Source: Wallemia ichthyophaga EXF-994
Lineage: Eukaryota > Fungi > Basidiomycota
DNA: 32,000 nucleotides
Assembly: GCF_000400465.1 (NCBI RefSeq)
Contig: NW_008806277.1
Location: 360,001 to 392,000, forward strand
Reading direction: 5' to 3'
The translations under genes were made by a program, and so were the position numbers. This document shows positions 30,023 to 32,000 of the stretch, in pieces. The notes under the pieces were generated by a model. That model made no database searches, had not been told where the DNA came from, and saw only the letters and a program-made list of their open reading frames with translations. Position 1 is the first letter of the stretch. Every line of letters starts with the position of its first letter.

Positions 30023-30943
30023 TCAACTAATACAATTATGATATAAAGAGACAATTTGCTCGTCTGGTAATTTGACAATTTCGACCTTCTCCTTTTTTGC
30101 AAGGAGTTTGAGGTTGTAAACCAATTTGCTCTCGTTGTCGGGTAGGAAGAGAGGATGTCTGCTGTCAGGGAATAGAGTGATCCAATCATCGTTGTTGAAG
30201 TTGAATTGCTTGAGGTATATTGATACGAGCGAGTTTGGCTTGAGTTTGAAGCCGAACATGGGCTCTTTGCCTTTAGATTCGCGTATTTTGATGGAATCGA
30301 TGCTGTCAAAGTCTATGATGCGCGCAACGTGCAGTGTCGACGACGTTGGTTCTACGAGGAGAACAAGAGCGTCTTGTTTGTATAGAAGGTGCATATTGCG
30401 ATTTGTAGCACCTTCTAAGGAAGACTTTCCAAAGAATGACTTGTATAAGGGGATAATATGCTCTGAGAGATAAATCTTGTCTAGATTGGTCTTTACGGAG
30501 AACTCCTGCCAGTGTTTAGAGATGATAGGGTTCTTTATAAGTGTGAGGTGGCTGTTTTGCGTTGTTTTCTGGGTTATTGAAGCACTTGTCGGTGTTGTAG
30601 TTACAGGGTAAGATTTGGGTGCTGTTGATGGACCTTCACGTGCCATTTCATCGGCCATTTCAGCCGCGATTTCAGGATCCCTCCACTTCCTCTTTCTACC
30701 AGGATTCCTAGAATTCCAAGGATTCCAACTAACATCCGAATTCATTCCATTAACGGTAACAGACGTGTTCACTTGGTCATTAGAAACCAAATTAATTCGC
30801 GGCTTAAACTTATTTATGATCTCATCATCCGTGTTCTCGTCACTTAGATTAAAATTTAAAGGCAATTGAATTAATTTATTCTTCGTCTTGTTATCACTAG
30901 TCGTATACTGAACTTCAACTTGAATTTCTATTGATCGTGCCAT
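30023..30943 (-). CDS. Hypothetical protein, 306 aa, intronless
   Basis: 921-nt ATG-initiated ORF filling the gap between the KRE6-like gene and RNR2. It has an RKRK basic patch and a globular-looking C-terminal half. I do not recognise a family. Confidence 0.75.
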   Translation of the reverse strand: MARSIEIQVEVQYTTSDNKTKNKLIQLPLNFNLSDENTDDEIINKFKPRINLVSNDQVNTSVTVNGMNSDVSWNPWNSRNPGRKRKWRDPEIAAEMADEMAREGPSTAPKSYPVTTTPTSASITQKTTQNSHLTLIKNPIISKHWQEFSVKTNLDKIYLSEHIIPLYKSFFGKSSLEGATNRNMHLLYKQDALVLLVEPTSSTLHVARIIDFDSIDSIKIRESKGKEPMFGFKLKPNSLVSIYLKQFNFNNDDWITLFPDSRHPLFLPDNESKLVYNLKLLAKKEKVEIVKLPDEQIVSLYHNCIS

Positions 30944-31030
30944 TCTTCACTCTCAAGGTACTTGAAAGACAAAAGAAATCATCATAAATAAAATACAATT
31001 GTGAATATTTTCACGTGGTCATTCTAAAAT

Positions 31031-32000
31031 CTAGAAGTCTGCGTCGAGCGTAAACTCCTTACCTTTACCTGCTGTTTCGTCCGCTTTAACACCTGCCTTT
31101 GCATAATCTGACACTCTCTTCTCAAAGAAGTTGGTCTTGCCTTGAAGTGAGATCATTTCCATAAAGTCGAATGGGTTTGTTGAGTTGTAGTACTTGTCAT
31201 TACCCAATGACACCAACAGCCTATCAGCGCAGAACTCGATATACTGACACATTAACTTTGCGTTCATACCTATCAGCGCTACAGGGAGGGCATCTGATAA
31301 GAACTCCTGCTCAATTCCAACTGCTTCAACGATGATCTTCTCGACGACCTTTGGATGTGGTCGACGGTTGAGATGTCCAAAGAGCAAGCAAGCGAATTCC
31401 TGAGAGTGTTTGTTAGATGTGAGTGTTTAAAGTTGATAAAACTCACAGTATGCAAGCCTTCATCACGTGATATTAACTCATTCGAGAATGTCAATCCTGG
31501 CATCAAACCTCTCTTTTTTAACCAGAAAATGGATGCAAAGGAGCCACTAAAGAAAATTCCTTCAACAGCAGCAAATGCAATTAACCTTTCACCAAATGTA
31601 GCTTTATCGTCATTAATCCACTTGACAGCCCAATCAGCTTTCCTTTTAATGCAAGGGATTGTTTCAATTGCGTTGAACAAGAAATCACGTTGTTCAGGTT
31701 CAGGTATGTAAGTATCGATCAGGAGTGAGTAGGTTTCACTGTGAATGTTTTCCATCATGATTTGGAAACCATAGAAACATCTTGCTTCAGCGAGTTGAAC
31801 TTCACCGGAAAATCTTTCAAGTAAATTTTCATTTACGATGCCATCAGAGGCAGCGAAGAAAGCAAGAACATGACTAATGAAGTGCTTTTCGTCTTTGTTG
31901 ATCTTGTTTGTCCAGTCAGTGATGTCTTTGGATAAGTCCATTTCCTCTGCAGTCCAGAAGGAAGCCTCAGCCTTCTTATAGAATTGCCAGATTTCAGTGT
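31031..32000 (-). CDS. RNR2: Ribonucleotide reductase small subunit (R2), 5' end truncated by window edge
   Basis: Exons >32000-31447 and 31399-31031. [32 protein letters not shown] (radical Tyr), [24 protein letters not shown] and C-terminal FTLDADF. Confidence 0.97.

Noticed and set aside
1-32000. Biosynthetic or functional gene cluster
   Set aside because: The genes are unrelated housekeeping functions (trafficking, mitochondria, replication, ribosome biogenesis), with no backbone enzyme or shared pathway.

Overview
Eukaryotic (fungal, basidiomycete-like) genomic DNA with extreme compaction. I find 22 protein-coding genes in 32 kb (two truncated by the window edges), short GT-AG introns (mostly 44-80 nt) and intergenic gaps often under 100 bp. 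This architecture resembles Wallemia, but that assignment is an inference and was not verified. In order: VPS2/DID4 (partial), LOG-family phosphoribohydrolase, GPI13, a short SRP72, THI80, a DUF4140/DUF4139 protein, COX4, a Red1/ZFC3H1-like zinc-finger protein, TIM10 (absent from the ORF track), UTP4, CTF18, a HUL5/UBE3C-like HECT ligase, a PRM10/ThrE-like protein, tubulin cofactor B, PET117, ATP4, a DUF3605 protein, ERV46, a KRE6/SKN1-like GH16 protein, an orphan ORF and RNR2 (partial). I assembled exon models by hand and checked that each keeps its reading frame. I saw no transposon, CRISPR array, rRNA or tRNA. The most striking observations are a Cox4 that has lost three of its four zinc ligands, divergent gene pairs with start codons 16-41 bp apart, an ATP4 start codon apparently split by an intron, a 7-nt micro-exon, and an unexplained 730-bp gap containing a C/D-box-like element.
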